Of a stretch of 64,000 nucleotides of DNA, positions 21,845 to 31,990 are shown piece by piece. The number at the start of each line of letters is the position of its first letter. Within the stretch, counting starts at the first letter, position 1. Under the pieces are notes generated by a model. It saw only the letters and a list, made by a program, of their open reading frames with translations, did no database searches and was not told the DNA's origin. This DNA is from an uncultured virus (IMG/VR IMGVR_UViG_3300031813_000007) (lineage: Duplodnaviria > Heunggongvirae > Uroviricota > Caudoviricetes), in the IMG/VR virus record IMGVR_UViG_3300031813_000007, positions 1 to 64,000 of that record. One strand, 5' to 3'. The translations under genes were made by a program, and so were the position numbers.

Positions 21845-21970
21845 TTGGGTGAAAAGAGTGTTAGGTACGGTAAAAAGGACCCTGTATTTGAATGCCCACA
21901 TTGTCATAAGAATGTAGCGGGCATGGGCAACTTCAAACGTTGGCATAATTCAAATTGTAGATTGGCGTAA
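21845..21970 (+). pseudogene. remnant C-terminal Zn finger of a homing endonuclease
   Basis: Translates as ...ECPHCHKNVAGMGNFKRWHNSNCRLA*, like the end of 42359..43009; no nuclease domain. Confidence 0.7.
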
Positions 21971-22594
21971 AATACTCTCAATTTGTTCGTGCAACTCTGT
22001 TACCGTCTTATTGTTATCTAAGTGATAATCGTAGTCAAGACCAACGCTTGAATATTCACTAGCATGGATACCTAAATCCTGCTCAAGTTGATTCTTGTAG
22101 ATGTCTTTTAGATTGAGATTGGTAGTTTGATTGTATTGGGTAGCCATATGAATCCACTCTGGTTGTTCCCCACGATGAGTTCGCATAGTGATGCCACCCG
22201 CGTTTTTAATAGCATTGAGTTCGTTAGGGAAACGACAGTCAGTGATTACTATATCTTCCTTAGTATTACGAAGCTTGTTCTGTACTGATGCAATCCAGAT
22301 ATCATCATGGAATGACCTGCGGGCAACTTCTGTTCCCCACTGCTGTAGAACCCAACGAGGAGTTAGATTGGGAAGGTTGAGTCTTGCCGCCCACCATTCA
22401 TCAACTTGTTCTCGCCATTCCCGGCTTGCCTTTGTTGATCCTTCAAGTAGTTCTCTATCCCAACTGAATATCGCAGCAACAGCATCCTTAAGAGATGCTG
22501 CAAAGCTCATACGCTTGAAACCGTGAAATGTGCAGAGATAGTCTGCGGCAGTATCTTTGCCGCTTCCGATAAGTCCAGTAATGCCAATAATCAT
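21950..22594 (-). CDS. deoxynucleoside monophosphate kinase (T4 gp1-like)
   Basis: GLIGSGKDT P-loop; TPRWVLQQWGTE, TDCRFPNE and HASE motifs. Confidence 0.92.
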   Translation of the reverse strand: MIIGITGLIGSGKDTAADYLCTFHGFKRMSFAASLKDAVAAIFSWDRELLEGSTKASREWREQVDEWWAARLNLPNLTPRWVLQQWGTEVARRSFHDDIWIASVQNKLRNTKEDIVITDCRFPNELNAIKNAGGITMRTHRGEQPEWIHMATQYNQTTNLNLKDIYKNQLEQDLGIHASEYSSVGLDYDYHLDNNKTVTELHEQIESILRQSTI

Positions 22595-22636
22595 TTTTGT
22601 AATATACTATAAAGTTAGAGGAATGTCAAGAATTAA

Positions 22637-23422
22637 TTAGCCCTGAATCCAAGTTAGTGGCTGGCTGTAGTCCACATAGTTCTTGAGGTCATTGATCAAA
22701 CGCTCTTGCTCAGCTTTGGCTTCATTCTTCATAGCAGTACCGTTAAGAGTAGTGCCTCCACCGGGACCAACAACACTTCCATACTTTTCACGTGCTTCAC
22801 CAATGATCATCTTGCACTGAGCAAGCATGAAGTCACCAATCCAGATGCCAGCACCGGGGTCTTGAAGAAGTTCCCATTCTGAGCGTTGAATGTCAGCCCA
22901 AATAAGAATGCGTTCACCAGTGCCCTTGAAGTCACGAGTGATCTTCAATGCCTTTGTTACAGGATTGAAAGTATAAGTGAGATAGCCACCAAACATACGA
23001 GCGGCAAGTTCAACATAACCTGCGTAGAAGTCATATGTTGCCATACCACCGGTATAGTTATAGTTCAACAGGTAAGTGTTGAGAATGGCACTTGAAAAAG
23101 GGTCAAATGAAGATGATGATGGACCGGTTTCAAGACCTACTGTTCGTCTGAATAGTGAACGAACGTTGATAAACTCTGATGGCAAAGTGTATGTGTCAAC
23201 GTTCTTTACAACCGTCATAAGAGTGTATGACTCTACGGTGGCATTCTGCGCTCGTTGACGATAAACCTTGATCGTATAGTTGTAAGCAGCCTCATAGTGC
23301 TGTGGATCAAGTTCAAGGTCAATGATATCACCGCCTAAACGAAGACGGATGTTTTCAAAAAATGCGTCTTTTATTTGGTCAAGATCAAGACCAGTTGGTG
23401 TTGATAGAATGCTTGCAGTCAT
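22637..23422 (-). CDS. neck protein (gp13-like)
   Basis: LRLGG.IIDLEL start; GEAREKY...GPGGGTTLNG end. Confidence 0.82.
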   Translation of the reverse strand: MTASILSTPTGLDLDQIKDAFFENIRLRLGGDIIDLELDPQHYEAAYNYTIKVYRQRAQNATVESYTLMTVVKNVDTYTLPSEFINVRSLFRRTVGLETGPSSSSFDPFSSAILNTYLLNYNYTGGMATYDFYAGYVELAARMFGGYLTYTFNPVTKALKITRDFKGTGERILIWADIQRSEWELLQDPGAGIWIGDFMLAQCKMIIGEAREKYGSVVGPGGGTTLNGTAMKNEAKAEQERLINDLKNYVDYSQPLTWIQG

Positions 23423-23440
23423 AGTCGTTTCCTCATAATG

Positions 23441-23659
23441 TTATTTATCAGGAAACGACTGACCTTTGTTCTCTTTATAAATGGTAGTGGCTAGAGAGAT
23501 CATTTCTTGATCTTCTTTCGGGTACATCCATAGGTGGTGACTGCACCAAAAGCCACATTTGGGGCAGAGCCAATCTCCCTGACATCCGGGTTTCTCTTTG
23601 TTAGGGTGGTATTCTGCAATCAATTCGCAGTTTTCGCATACAGGAGGTCCTAGTCCCAA
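23441..23659 (-). CDS. small Zn-ribbon protein
   Basis: CxxC...CxxC; coupled ORF. Confidence 0.6.
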   Translation of the reverse strand: MGLGPPVCENCELIAEYHPNKEKPGCQGDWLCPKCGFWCSHHLWMYPKEDQEMISLATTIYKENKGQSFPDK

Positions 23660-23880
23660 AGAAACGAATCCTCAGGCTTATGACGTTCCATCTTGCGAAT
23701 GAGTGCTTCCAGACGATCCATGACTTCATCCGTCAATCCTTCACGTTCAATGGTTGCAACTTCTTTATCAATCGCAATAAGTTCGTTTCTGATGTCAGCA
23801 CGACCGATATCATATCGGTTGTCATGAAACCACTTCATCCTCTTAGAGAGTGACGCTATCCTGCTGACACGATCAGTCAT
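23650..23880 (-). CDS. hypothetical protein
   Basis: Coupled ORF (TAATG). Confidence 0.65.
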   Translation of the reverse strand: MTDRVSRIASLSKRMKWFHDNRYDIGRADIRNELIAIDKEVATIEREGLTDEVMDRLEALIRKMERHKPEDSFLWD

Positions 23881-24059
23881 TACAAATCGCCGTCTTCTTT
23901 AAGGTAATGATCAATATATGCTACAAGGAATGCCCGTTGCATAGACATGATAACATCAATTGCGCCTTCCTTACCGAAAGTTTCAATAAATCCCGGAAGG
24001 CTGCTCTTTTCAAGAACAAACGTTTCAAACACGCTTTCTGTCTGCGGTTGGCCTGCCAT
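23880..24059 (-). CDS. hypothetical protein (59 aa)
   Basis: Below cut-off: MAGQPQTESVF...KEDGDL; TAATG overlaps at both ends. Confidence 0.7.
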   Translation of the reverse strand: MAGQPQTESVFETFVLEKSSLPGFIETFGKEGAIDVIMSMQRAFLVAYIDHYLKEDGDL

Positions 24060-24472
24060 TACAGGTCGCCTTCTTTGCGGTTTTCAGAATAGTGAGCATC
24101 AAACTTGCCACCAGGATAGCGAGCTTCCAGCTTATTCACGTTCTCTGCGATCACTTCGTTGGGATCAAGCCCAAGTGCATTACATGCATTGGTCCAATAC
24201 CAAATGATATCTCCGAGTTCACGCTTCATGTGAAAAATGGTATCCTCGTTCAGTGGCTTGCCCTGAAAGAAAACCTTCTTCACGATTTCTTCAAATTCGC
24301 CACCTTCGCTACCAAGACCGATGCCAGCCGTAAGAAGCAATGGGATATTAACATTGCTGTTATTGTGCAGTCTGCGAATGTGCTCCACGAAAGTCACTAC
24401 ATCCTTGCTCGTGTCACTGCACACTGCGAGGACAAATTCACCGTACTTGTTTAGATCAATCTGATTAGACAT
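24059..24472 (-). CDS. mazG: MazG-like nucleotide pyrophosphohydrolase
   Basis: GLGSEGGEFEEIVKK, ELGDIIWY and NVNKLEARYP motifs. Confidence 0.9.
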   Translation of the reverse strand: MSNQIDLNKYGEFVLAVCSDTSKDVVTFVEHIRRLHNNSNVNIPLLLTAGIGLGSEGGEFEEIVKKVFFQGKPLNEDTIFHMKRELGDIIWYWTNACNALGLDPNEVIAENVNKLEARYPGGKFDAHYSENRKEGDL

Positions 24473-24484
24473 TATTTTTCCTTA

Positions 24485-25720
24485 TTAAAATGCTTTGAGA
24501 ATAACCATTGACTCGTTGAAACGACCGTTTGGAATCGTTGCAACAGCCTTGATGTCATTAAAAAACTTGCGGGCAGCAGGTTTACTACCCATGACTTCTT
24601 TTATCTGTTCTGCCGGTTTGCGAAGTGTTTTTACGCCACTTTCTTTTTTGTCAAACCCAAGCAATGTGTTGCCTTTGATAGTCAAGCACTGGCTATAGCT
24701 ATCAGCAACGTAGTGATGCAGCTTGCGCTTTGCAGTGTCATACACCCAAGCTTCCTGACAGTTATGAAGTTTTGTTGGAGAAACGCTTGTCAAGTTAAGT
24801 TTAAGCGTAGGATCGTTGAAGACTTTGAGATACTTCAACTTGGATACAATCTTCTCAACAGGAACAGCCTTTTTTGGGCGAGCAACGCGAGTTGCCTGCT
24901 TGATTGCAATATATGCATTCAGGTCATCAATGATCTGAGTAGCAAACTTGATCTTATTGTTGATCTGAGTGCGGGTATATCGTGAATAGGACTCTTTCAA
25001 GTCGGTATCTTTACCCAGCTTTGCGCCTTCATATTCAGCCTTGACGTTTTCCCAATACTTAATATACCCACCAAGGTGTTGTGGAAGAACCTTCTGCTCA
25101 TTGAGAAATCCCAAGACTTTATCCCGAGTTGGAAAATCCTTGGGGCACCCAGCATTAATAAACTCATCAGTGAGACCTTCAATCTCACCGCAAGCTTCGC
25201 TGGCGCGCTCCCTCATCAGTTCTTGAATATTCACACGGCTAACAGGTTTTGGAGTTTCTTCTTTTTCCTGAATGACTTGTACTGAAGAATTTATGGCGCG
25301 GTCAATCATTTCCCTAAGATAAACATCCAAGGGTTTAAGTTCTCCGACCGTTCCGGGAAGAGTCTTCCAATGTTCTGCCTCAGCTTTATTGAAGATCGGA
25401 CAGCCAGTGTGAATCATCTTGCAGATGATGGCTGGCCAAACACTAATGCTATTCCAACCAGAAGCCGCCTTAGCCTTCTTGATGTCAGCAGCAGAATACT
25501 TGTTTTCCTTCATCCACAACCAAACCTCAGGAAGCAAATCTGCTTCCTGATAGTTTTCATAGTAGAAGTACTTTGCATCGTGCTTAAATTTACTAAACTG
25601 TGCACCAGTCCACTTTTCCCAACCGGTAAAGTCTGGACCAGTCATCTTTTTTCCACGACGAACCGTAGGTGCGGCTCGTGTAGTCTTTTTTGTCTTAATA
25701 AGTGAGGGGCGTTTAGCCAT
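24485..25720 (-). CDS. hypothetical basic protein
   Basis: 411 aa; SD GGAG; TTGACA promoter at about 25770. Confidence 0.8.
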   Translation of the reverse strand: MAKRPSLIKTKKTTRAAPTVRRGKKMTGPDFTGWEKWTGAQFSKFKHDAKYFYYENYQEADLLPEVWLWMKENKYSAADIKKAKAASGWNSISVWPAIICKMIHTGCPIFNKAEAEHWKTLPGTVGELKPLDVYLREMIDRAINSSVQVIQEKEETPKPVSRVNIQELMRERASEACGEIEGLTDEFINAGCPKDFPTRDKVLGFLNEQKVLPQHLGGYIKYWENVKAEYEGAKLGKDTDLKESYSRYTRTQINNKIKFATQIIDDLNAYIAIKQATRVARPKKAVPVEKIVSKLKYLKVFNDPTLKLNLTSVSPTKLHNCQEAWVYDTAKRKLHHYVADSYSQCLTIKGNTLLGFDKKESGVKTLRKPAEQIKEVMGSKPAARKFFNDIKAVATIPNGRFNESMVILKAF

Positions 25721-25787
25721 TAGTATCTCCGTTTGAAGTTACTTATACTCGCAAGTCGGAATAATGTCAATAACTTTCGTGAAGACG

Positions 25788-26156
25788 CTAAACGATCTTG
25801 ATTTTACGATTCTTGTTTTGGTTGGTGAACAAGCAGACACCCTTCTTGCGAGTTATGTCAGCAGCAGCTTGAGGACTGTTATCCCACCAATCCCATAGAT
25901 TGTGTTCCGTCATGCTTTCATCACAATCCATAGCGTAAATCTCGTAGCTACGCTCTGTATTGAAGCGGGCACGGATTGTAATGGCACTAAGAAGGTCATC
26001 GAGCGGGTTCTTACCTGTAGGTTCTCCTTTAAGGATATTCCACATGTCCTGCTTGCTTTGATCTTCATATTTTGTGATCGGCACGATAGCTTCGATGCCG
26101 TGACAACTCCACATAAAGAGGTAAGCGTTAGTAGTCATCTTTATCAAAACTCCCAA
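25788..26156 (-). CDS. hypothetical protein
   Basis: ORF in the minus-strand run. Confidence 0.65.
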   Translation of the reverse strand: MGVLIKMTTNAYLFMWSCHGIEAIVPITKYEDQSKQDMWNILKGEPTGKNPLDDLLSAITIRARFNTERSYEIYAMDCDESMTEHNLWDWWDNSPQAAADITRKKGVCLFTNQNKNRKIKIV

Positions 26157-26362
26157 ATCTTGACGCCACGACGAAGAAGTTCTTTGGCGATCAGTTTTTC
26201 CGTTTGTTCAACTTGCTTAACGAGTCTTTCACTCAGCTTCTCACGATTACATTCGGAGAGAAAAAAGAGTGTCGCTTCAAGGTCATCGGTTGCCTGAAAA
26301 CGAATCGTGATAGGGGCAAACAGTTGACGGATATTCATATTCAAACTCCAATGCAGAGACAA
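26144..26362 (-). CDS. hypothetical protein
   Basis: ORF; true start probably a downstream Met. Confidence 0.55.
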   Translation of the reverse strand: MSLHWSLNMNIRQLFAPITIRFQATDDLEATLFFLSECNREKLSERLVKQVEQTEKLIAKELLRRGVKIWEF

Positions 26363-26389
26363 TCTATATACATGAACCGCAACACAGTG

Positions 26390-26578
26390 TCAATCTATTT
26401 TTTTGCAAAAATACTGAACCTCAATGAACTCATTGTTTTCAACGAGATATTTGTATCTGTCACCTTGCGCTTTGCATTCTTCCATAGATTCTTGTTCTAT
26501 GGCTTCGCTCCATGCGAGTTTAACTTTATGGGTACTCGGGTCCATATAGTACACAAGTATAAACAGCAAAACCTTCAT
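26390..26578 (-). CDS. small hypothetical protein with hydrophobic N-terminus
   Basis: 62-aa ORF. Confidence 0.55.
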   Translation of the reverse strand: MKVLLFILVYYMDPSTHKVKLAWSEAIEQESMEECKAQGDRYKYLVENNEFIEVQYFCKKID

Positions 26579-26700
26579 ACCAAACTACCTTCGTCATAAC
26601 CATAACATATCCATAAGGAAAATGGTTAATTTTCATTAAACATTGCTCCCCGTATCAGAAACACCGGCCCATGTCAATCTATTTTTTGATAAATAAGTGT

Positions 26701-28422
26701 ATGCCACGTTTATCACTCTGGAAACCCAATAAGCAAAATGATTATCGTTTCTTTGACAGAACGATATCAGAACAATTAACTGTGGGAGGCACAGACCTGT
26801 ATATCCACAAGTATGCTGGTGTCTCCAATCAGGGACCATCTATTGACGCCACCCAGCCTCAGTATCTGGAACCAAGTCCAACACAGATTCAAGATTTGCT
26901 GTTTTTAGAAAACCGTGATAGAATCTACGATCCAAACATCTATCGTCTTCGTGGTCACTACTCTGTTCAGAACCTTGACTTTGATCTCAGTCAGTTCGGT
27001 TTGTTCCTAAACAACGACATCATTTTTATCACTGTTCATTACAATGACATGATTGATATCATTGGGAGAAAGTTGATGGTAGGGGACGTTCTTGAACTCC
27101 CACATCTTATTGACTACAACCCATTAGACGAAACCATTCCAGTTGCACTGAAGCGTTTTATGCAAATCACTGATGCCAACTTCGCAAGTGAGGGATTTTC
27201 ACAGACTTGGTTCCCGCATTTATGGCGCATTAAATGTGAACCTCTCGTCAATTCCGAAGAGTTTGCTGATATTCTTAATCAACCTATTCAACAAGACAAC
27301 TATTTGGGTGATTTTGATCCATCTAAAACTTATCCTCAAGGATACACTGTGACGTATGCCGGAACCATTTACCAATCAACAGGTCCTGTTCCTGCAGGCA
27401 TTACGCCACCAAATGCAGCATATTGGTCTGTTGTGCCTAATGGTAGCCTTTCTGATATTCTGTCCACCTATAACAAAAACATTGCAATCAATGACGCTAA
27501 TCTTCAAGAAGCAGAACGCTTGTTACCTAAATCAGGCTATGATAACAGCAATCTTTATGTAGTTCCAACTTACGGTGCATATCAATCGGATGGTACATTA
27601 TCGGATCATCCCAATGAACCGGCACCACCTATTGATATTATCATTAATACTACTAACACTCAGCCCATTGTAACAGGAAACGTTGTTATGATTCGCGATC
27701 CTAGATATCGTGTCCCGAGTGCTGGCATCAAGATTTCCAAAGAAGCATTACAGAGTATTTGGGACATGACGGTGGATGCTGAAGGATTATCTGACAAGAT
27801 TGACAAGTTTGTTGCGGCAAATTTATCGGTTATTGAAGTTGCACCTGAAAAAACCGCTGGTGGCTCCGGATCAGTGGAAACAACTAAACTGTTGGCTGTA
27901 CAGTCATTAGGAATGGCCACAGGCCCATATGGTACTGCCGATAATACATATGCAACTGCCGATCAAGACCCTACTGCGGCTGGATTTACGGGTGACATAA
28001 CCCAGCAAATGGACTATCGTGCAGACTGTGATCCTGCTTACCAATACATTGCTCGTGCTACCCCACGATCATTTGGATATGCTGCTGGTTATCTTACCGG
28101 AGATGGTCAAGCACCAGATGGATTCCCAGTTGCTGCTGGAATTGCATTTCCTCAAAACCCACAAGTTGGTGATTATTTCTTGCGTATTGATTATCTACCA
28201 CAATTGCTATTTCGTTGGGACGGAACATTATGGGTAAGAATATCTGAAAACGTAAGAACTCAGACAGGCTTTGCCGATACGTCCAATCAGTCACAACTTT
28301 CATCATTTATTAATAACGACAATCAAATTTATGTAAATAACGATAATGCATTTGTACCTGAAAAGCAAGGTCTATCAACGATATTAAGAATTGCTCCAGA
28401 TACACTTCCACCAGAAGATTGA
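26701..28422 (+). CDS. neck/head-closure protein (gp14-like) with extra domains
   Basis: Start MPRLSLW; LSQFGLFL and GDVLELPH motifs; precedes the gp15-like gene. Confidence 0.7.
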   Translation: MPRLSLWKPNKQNDYRFFDRTISEQLTVGGTDLYIHKYAGVSNQGPSIDATQPQYLEPSPTQIQDLLFLENRDRIYDPNIYRLRGHYSVQNLDFDLSQFGLFLNNDIIFITVHYNDMIDIIGRKLMVGDVLELPHLIDYNPLDETIPVALKRFMQITDANFASEGFSQTWFPHLWRIKCEPLVNSEEFADILNQPIQQDNYLGDFDPSKTYPQGYTVTYAGTIYQSTGPVPAGITPPNAAYWSVVPNGSLSDILSTYNKNIAINDANLQEAERLLPKSGYDNSNLYVVPTYGAYQSDGTLSDHPNEPAPPIDIIINTTNTQPIVTGNVVMIRDPRYRVPSAGIKISKEALQSIWDMTVDAEGLSDKIDKFVAANLSVIEVAPEKTAGGSGSVETTKLLAVQSLGMATGPYGTADNTYATADQDPTAAGFTGDITQQMDYRADCDPAYQYIARATPRSFGYAAGYLTGDGQAPDGFPVAAGIAFPQNPQVGDYFLRIDYLPQLLFRWDGTLWVRISENVRTQTGFADTSNQSQLSSFINNDNQIYVNNDNAFVPEKQGLSTILRIAPDTLPPED

Positions 28423-28432
28423 GAGATAATAC

Positions 28433-29809
28433 GTGGCTGAATTTTTTTATGACGAACAGATTAGACGTTACCTTATACAGTTCGGTAAGATTTTTAGTTC
28501 TTGGAATGTAACAAAGGGAAACGATCCTCAGGGTAATCCTATTATTGTTCGTGTTCCTATTATGTATGGGGATCAAAGTAGACAAGCAGCGACTATTATT
28601 GCCAATAACTCTGCTAGCAATCTCCCGAGTGCACCGATGATTACATATTATATCAGCGGTGTTGAGTATAACCAAAAATGGGCTACCGATCCTACTTTTA
28701 TTGATAAACTCAACGTAAGACAGCGTACATATAATAGTGAAACTCAGTCCTACGAGACTACACAAGCTCAAGCATTTACTATTGAGCGACAAATGCCTGT
28801 TCCATATACTCTTCGTATCACTGTTGATTTTTGGACCACAAACTATAACCAAAAGTTGCAACTATTGGAACAGCTTGGAACACTGTTTAATCCTGCTCTT
28901 GAAATTCAAAGCACTGATAACTTTGTTGACTGGACTTCTTTGTCATCTGTATTCCAAGACGGATTGAATTTTAGTAGTAAAACTATTCCTGTTGGTGGTA
29001 ACAACCCAATTGATATTATGACTTGGAAGTTTTATATGCCTATTTGGCTATCAACTCCTGCTAAGTTAAAGAAACTTGGGGTTGTAGAAAAAATCATTGC
29101 CTCAATATATCAGGGAACCGCGTTACAAGATGTGCAAAACGAAGATTTACTGCTAGGGACGAGACAAAAGATTACCCCATATGGCTACCAAGTGTTGCTT
29201 CTTGGAAATCAACTACAGTTGCTTCCACAAAATGCAGCCCCGTATCCACCAAATGATCAGTTTGCATTACCAAGCAATCCAAATACCGATCTATATTGGA
29301 CATCATTCTTGAACGTATATGGAGCAATCAGACCGGGGATTTCTCAGATTTGGCTACAGAATCCATATATGACAACTGATATAGTTGGAACTATAGTTCT
29401 TAATCCAACTGATGATAGATTTTTAATCTATAATATTGATCCAAATACTTTGCCACAAAACACTCTTGATCCTGTGGACAGTATCATTAATCCATTAGTA
29501 ACTGGACCTAACGCTGGATTGCCCGGTCCTACACCAAATAAAAGATATCTGATAGTAGAGGATATCGGGAGCGATGGTGATACTACAGTTGCTTGGGGTG
29601 GACTAGTTGCCAATGCTAATGATATTATTCAGTATAACGCGACAACAAATAAATGGTTTGTTGCATTTAATGCTGAAGGTTCAAGCGAGGTTGAATTTGT
29701 TACCAATATGACAACAGGAGTTCAATACCGATATGATACTGATCAAAACATATGGGTAAAATCATACGAAGGCTTTTATGAAGCTGGGAATTTCAGTATC
29801 GTTATATGA
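28433..29809 (+). CDS. tail terminator/sheath stabiliser (gp15-like)
   Basis: FFYDEQIRRY..QF, RVPIMYG, PVPY and QKLQLLEQ..FNP motifs; GTG start. Confidence 0.85.
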   Translation: MAEFFYDEQIRRYLIQFGKIFSSWNVTKGNDPQGNPIIVRVPIMYGDQSRQAATIIANNSASNLPSAPMITYYISGVEYNQKWATDPTFIDKLNVRQRTYNSETQSYETTQAQAFTIERQMPVPYTLRITVDFWTTNYNQKLQLLEQLGTLFNPALEIQSTDNFVDWTSLSSVFQDGLNFSSKTIPVGGNNPIDIMTWKFYMPIWLSTPAKLKKLGVVEKIIASIYQGTALQDVQNEDLLLGTRQKITPYGYQVLLLGNQLQLLPQNAAPYPPNDQFALPSNPNTDLYWTSFLNVYGAIRPGISQIWLQNPYMTTDIVGTIVLNPTDDRFLIYNIDPNTLPQNTLDPVDSIINPLVTGPNAGLPGPTPNKRYLIVEDIGSDGDTTVAWGGLVANANDIIQYNATTNKWFVAFNAEGSSEVEFVTNMTTGVQYRYDTDQNIWVKSYEGFYEAGNFSIVI

Positions 29810-30210
29810 CAAATACTGCTGCTGGTGTTTTTTTCTATAGTTCTTCCACCAATCGTTATCTATACCTACTACGTGCAGATTCACGAAGTCCTACTTGGAG
29901 TATGCCGGGAGGAGGAATAAACGCAGATGAAACTCTTTTAGAGGGGATTGCTCGTGAATGTAGGGAAGAAATGGATTTTGACATTTCTGATTTAAAACTG
30001 ATACCAATTCAAAAGTTTGTTAATAACACATTCACTTATCATACTTTTTTCTGTGCAGTCAGAGAAGAATTTATTCCAAAATTAAATGAAGAACATGTCG
30101 GGTATGCTTGGGTTGGAGAAGGACAGTATCCAAAACCACTTCATCCAGGCCTGTTTTCTACTGTCAATATTGATATTGTTACTGAGAAGTTAAATTCACT
30201 GGCAAAATAA
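29806..30210 (+). CDS. Nudix hydrolase
   Basis: Nudix box PGGG..ADETLLEGIARECREEM. Confidence 0.9.
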   Translation: MTNTAAGVFFYSSSTNRYLYLLRADSRSPTWSMPGGGINADETLLEGIARECREEMDFDISDLKLIPIQKFVNNTFTYHTFFCAVREEFIPKLNEEHVGYAWVGEGQYPKPLHPGLFSTVNIDIVTEKLNSLAK

Positions 30211-30232
30211 TAGGGACCGAAGCCCCTATTAT
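30206..30232. terminator. bidirectional terminator
   Basis: ATAATAGGG...CCCTATTAT between convergent genes. Confidence 0.65.
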
Positions 30233-30552
30233 CATAGTCCGAAAACTTTGCCTACAACATGAAATCCTAAAGCGCCAGCAAGTGCTGCACCTCCCATTAC
30301 CATCCATCTCCACTTTTCTAAAGCAGTGATCTTTTCTTCAAGTTTGGTATGTGCAGTCTTGCTACTATCTTCCATTGATTTAATGGCTGTCATTGTAGCA
30401 GTCGTGCTTGCTTTAACGCTTTCACTAACTTCCTTCAAGCCAGTTTTCAAATCGTCAACTTTTTCATTGAGATTTGAATACTGGACTCGAAGGACCGCGA
30501 TTTCAGTCTCGGTCTGCTGGTTAACCTGTTGTGCTGTTGAACGAGAGACCAT
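30232..30552 (-). CDS. coiled-coil protein with C-terminal transmembrane helix (holin/XhlA-like candidate)
   Basis: LEKWRWMVMGGAALAGALGF tail. Confidence 0.55.
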   Translation of the reverse strand: MVSRSTAQQVNQQTETEIAVLRVQYSNLNEKVDDLKTGLKEVSESVKASTTATMTAIKSMEDSSKTAHTKLEEKITALEKWRWMVMGGAALAGALGFHVVGKVFGL

Positions 30553-30564
30553 GACTTATTTTCC

Positions 30565-31977
30565 TTATGCGTTGTTGATAGTGATGATAGGCATTGGCTG
30601 ACCAGATACTCTTGATGTTTGACTATCAATTGGATTGGTACCAGGATATGTATTTGCAGCATAGGCAGTACCGAATGTCGCAATGACAGTTGGGTAAGCG
30701 TTTGCAGCAATTGCAAATCCAGTTCCAGCAACGTTACCTGTTGCAGTGAAAGTAATGCCAGTCATATTGTCGCGTGCGCCAACTGATGTCCAGAGAGTAT
30801 TGCCTGCGTTTGCAATAGTATACTGAGTACCGGCTACGAGTGCATTGGAATAAGTCCATGCAGTATATGCTTCTGATTGATAATCATCAAGATTGAACAA
30901 GTTCACAGTTGATGAGTTTGCGTAAGTACCTGTGATAATCATGGTGTTTGGCAACATTGCAGTATTTGCAACATTTGCAGTATAGCACTGTGATGTGAGA
31001 CCAGAAGTTAATCCGATTACAAGATACTTGGTCTTGCCTTTTTGGCGCTGAATGAATCCAGTTTCAGGTGTTGCCTGAATGAATGCACTGTTTGAAACCG
31101 CAACTGCTGCATTTGCAGTGAATGTTATGGTATCTTGTAGAGCATTTGCAGTTACGCTTGCGTTAGATGACAATTGTACTGGTGCTCCACCAACTGATGT
31201 TGAAACAGTGAATGCAGCAGCGTTTGGAGTGGTCTTGACATAATAAACGTTGCCAGCAGTTAGCCCACCGAAGGTAGTGTCGAAAATGACAGGCGCATTT
31301 GCGATCAATGTCAATGCATTTCCTGAGGTACCGATTACGTTGCCAGTTGCGGTCGTGTTTGCAACTACAACTGCGTTATTACCTGGAGTACCAGTTACAT
31401 AACCTACTGTAGTGTAGTCAGTTTGAATACCATTGATGTTTGCTACTGGGATTTGAATTACAGCACCGTTTGCTACGTTAGTAGCAAAGTTAGTATTCAA
31501 TCCTGCTGCTCTTGGGCTAGTAGTTGAAGTGAAGAGAGTACCTGTACCGTTTGCACCGATTGCGACAGTTACGGAAACTTGTGAACCATATTGTGCAGTA
31601 TTACCACCGACAACACCGTATGATGTTGCGTTAGTTGCAGTGTTTGATCCATTTGGATTACTGAATCCAGAATCAACCATACCAACAGTTGCTGCAATTG
31701 ATTGACCAGTTGTAGTAGTTAGAGTTGGAACAGTCTGTGGCTGAACGCTAAGCTGAGTGCTTGATACCGAAAAGGTAGTTGAAGAAGCAACACTATTTAC
31801 GTAGTAAGTAGTGCCAGCGACCAACCCACCGATGTTTGCAGATACCACGAATGGCATACCTTTGGTTACGTTGGTTGCAGTTAGGTTACCAGAAGTAGTT
31901 ACTAACTGAGTGGATGCAGTTGTTGCTGTAAGAGTTAGGACAGCCTGCGATTGTGCAATTTTTAGTGGACGACCCAT
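30565..31977 (-). CDS. virion structural protein
   Basis: MGRPLK start; FIQRQKGKTKYLV; T/A/N-rich; late promoter upstream. Confidence 0.7.
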   Translation of the reverse strand: MGRPLKIAQSQAVLTLTATTASTQLVTTSGNLTATNVTKGMPFVVSANIGGLVAGTTYYVNSVASSTTFSVSSTQLSVQPQTVPTLTTTTGQSIAATVGMVDSGFSNPNGSNTATNATSYGVVGGNTAQYGSQVSVTVAIGANGTGTLFTSTTSPRAAGLNTNFATNVANGAVIQIPVANINGIQTDYTTVGYVTGTPGNNAVVVANTTATGNVIGTSGNALTLIANAPVIFDTTFGGLTAGNVYYVKTTPNAAAFTVSTSVGGAPVQLSSNASVTANALQDTITFTANAAVAVSNSAFIQATPETGFIQRQKGKTKYLVIGLTSGLTSQCYTANVANTAMLPNTMIITGTYANSSTVNLFNLDDYQSEAYTAWTYSNALVAGTQYTIANAGNTLWTSVGARDNMTGITFTATGNVAGTGFAIAANAYPTVIATFGTAYAANTYPGTNPIDSQTSRVSGQPMPIITINNA

Positions 31978-31990
31978 TTGTTTTTCCTTT

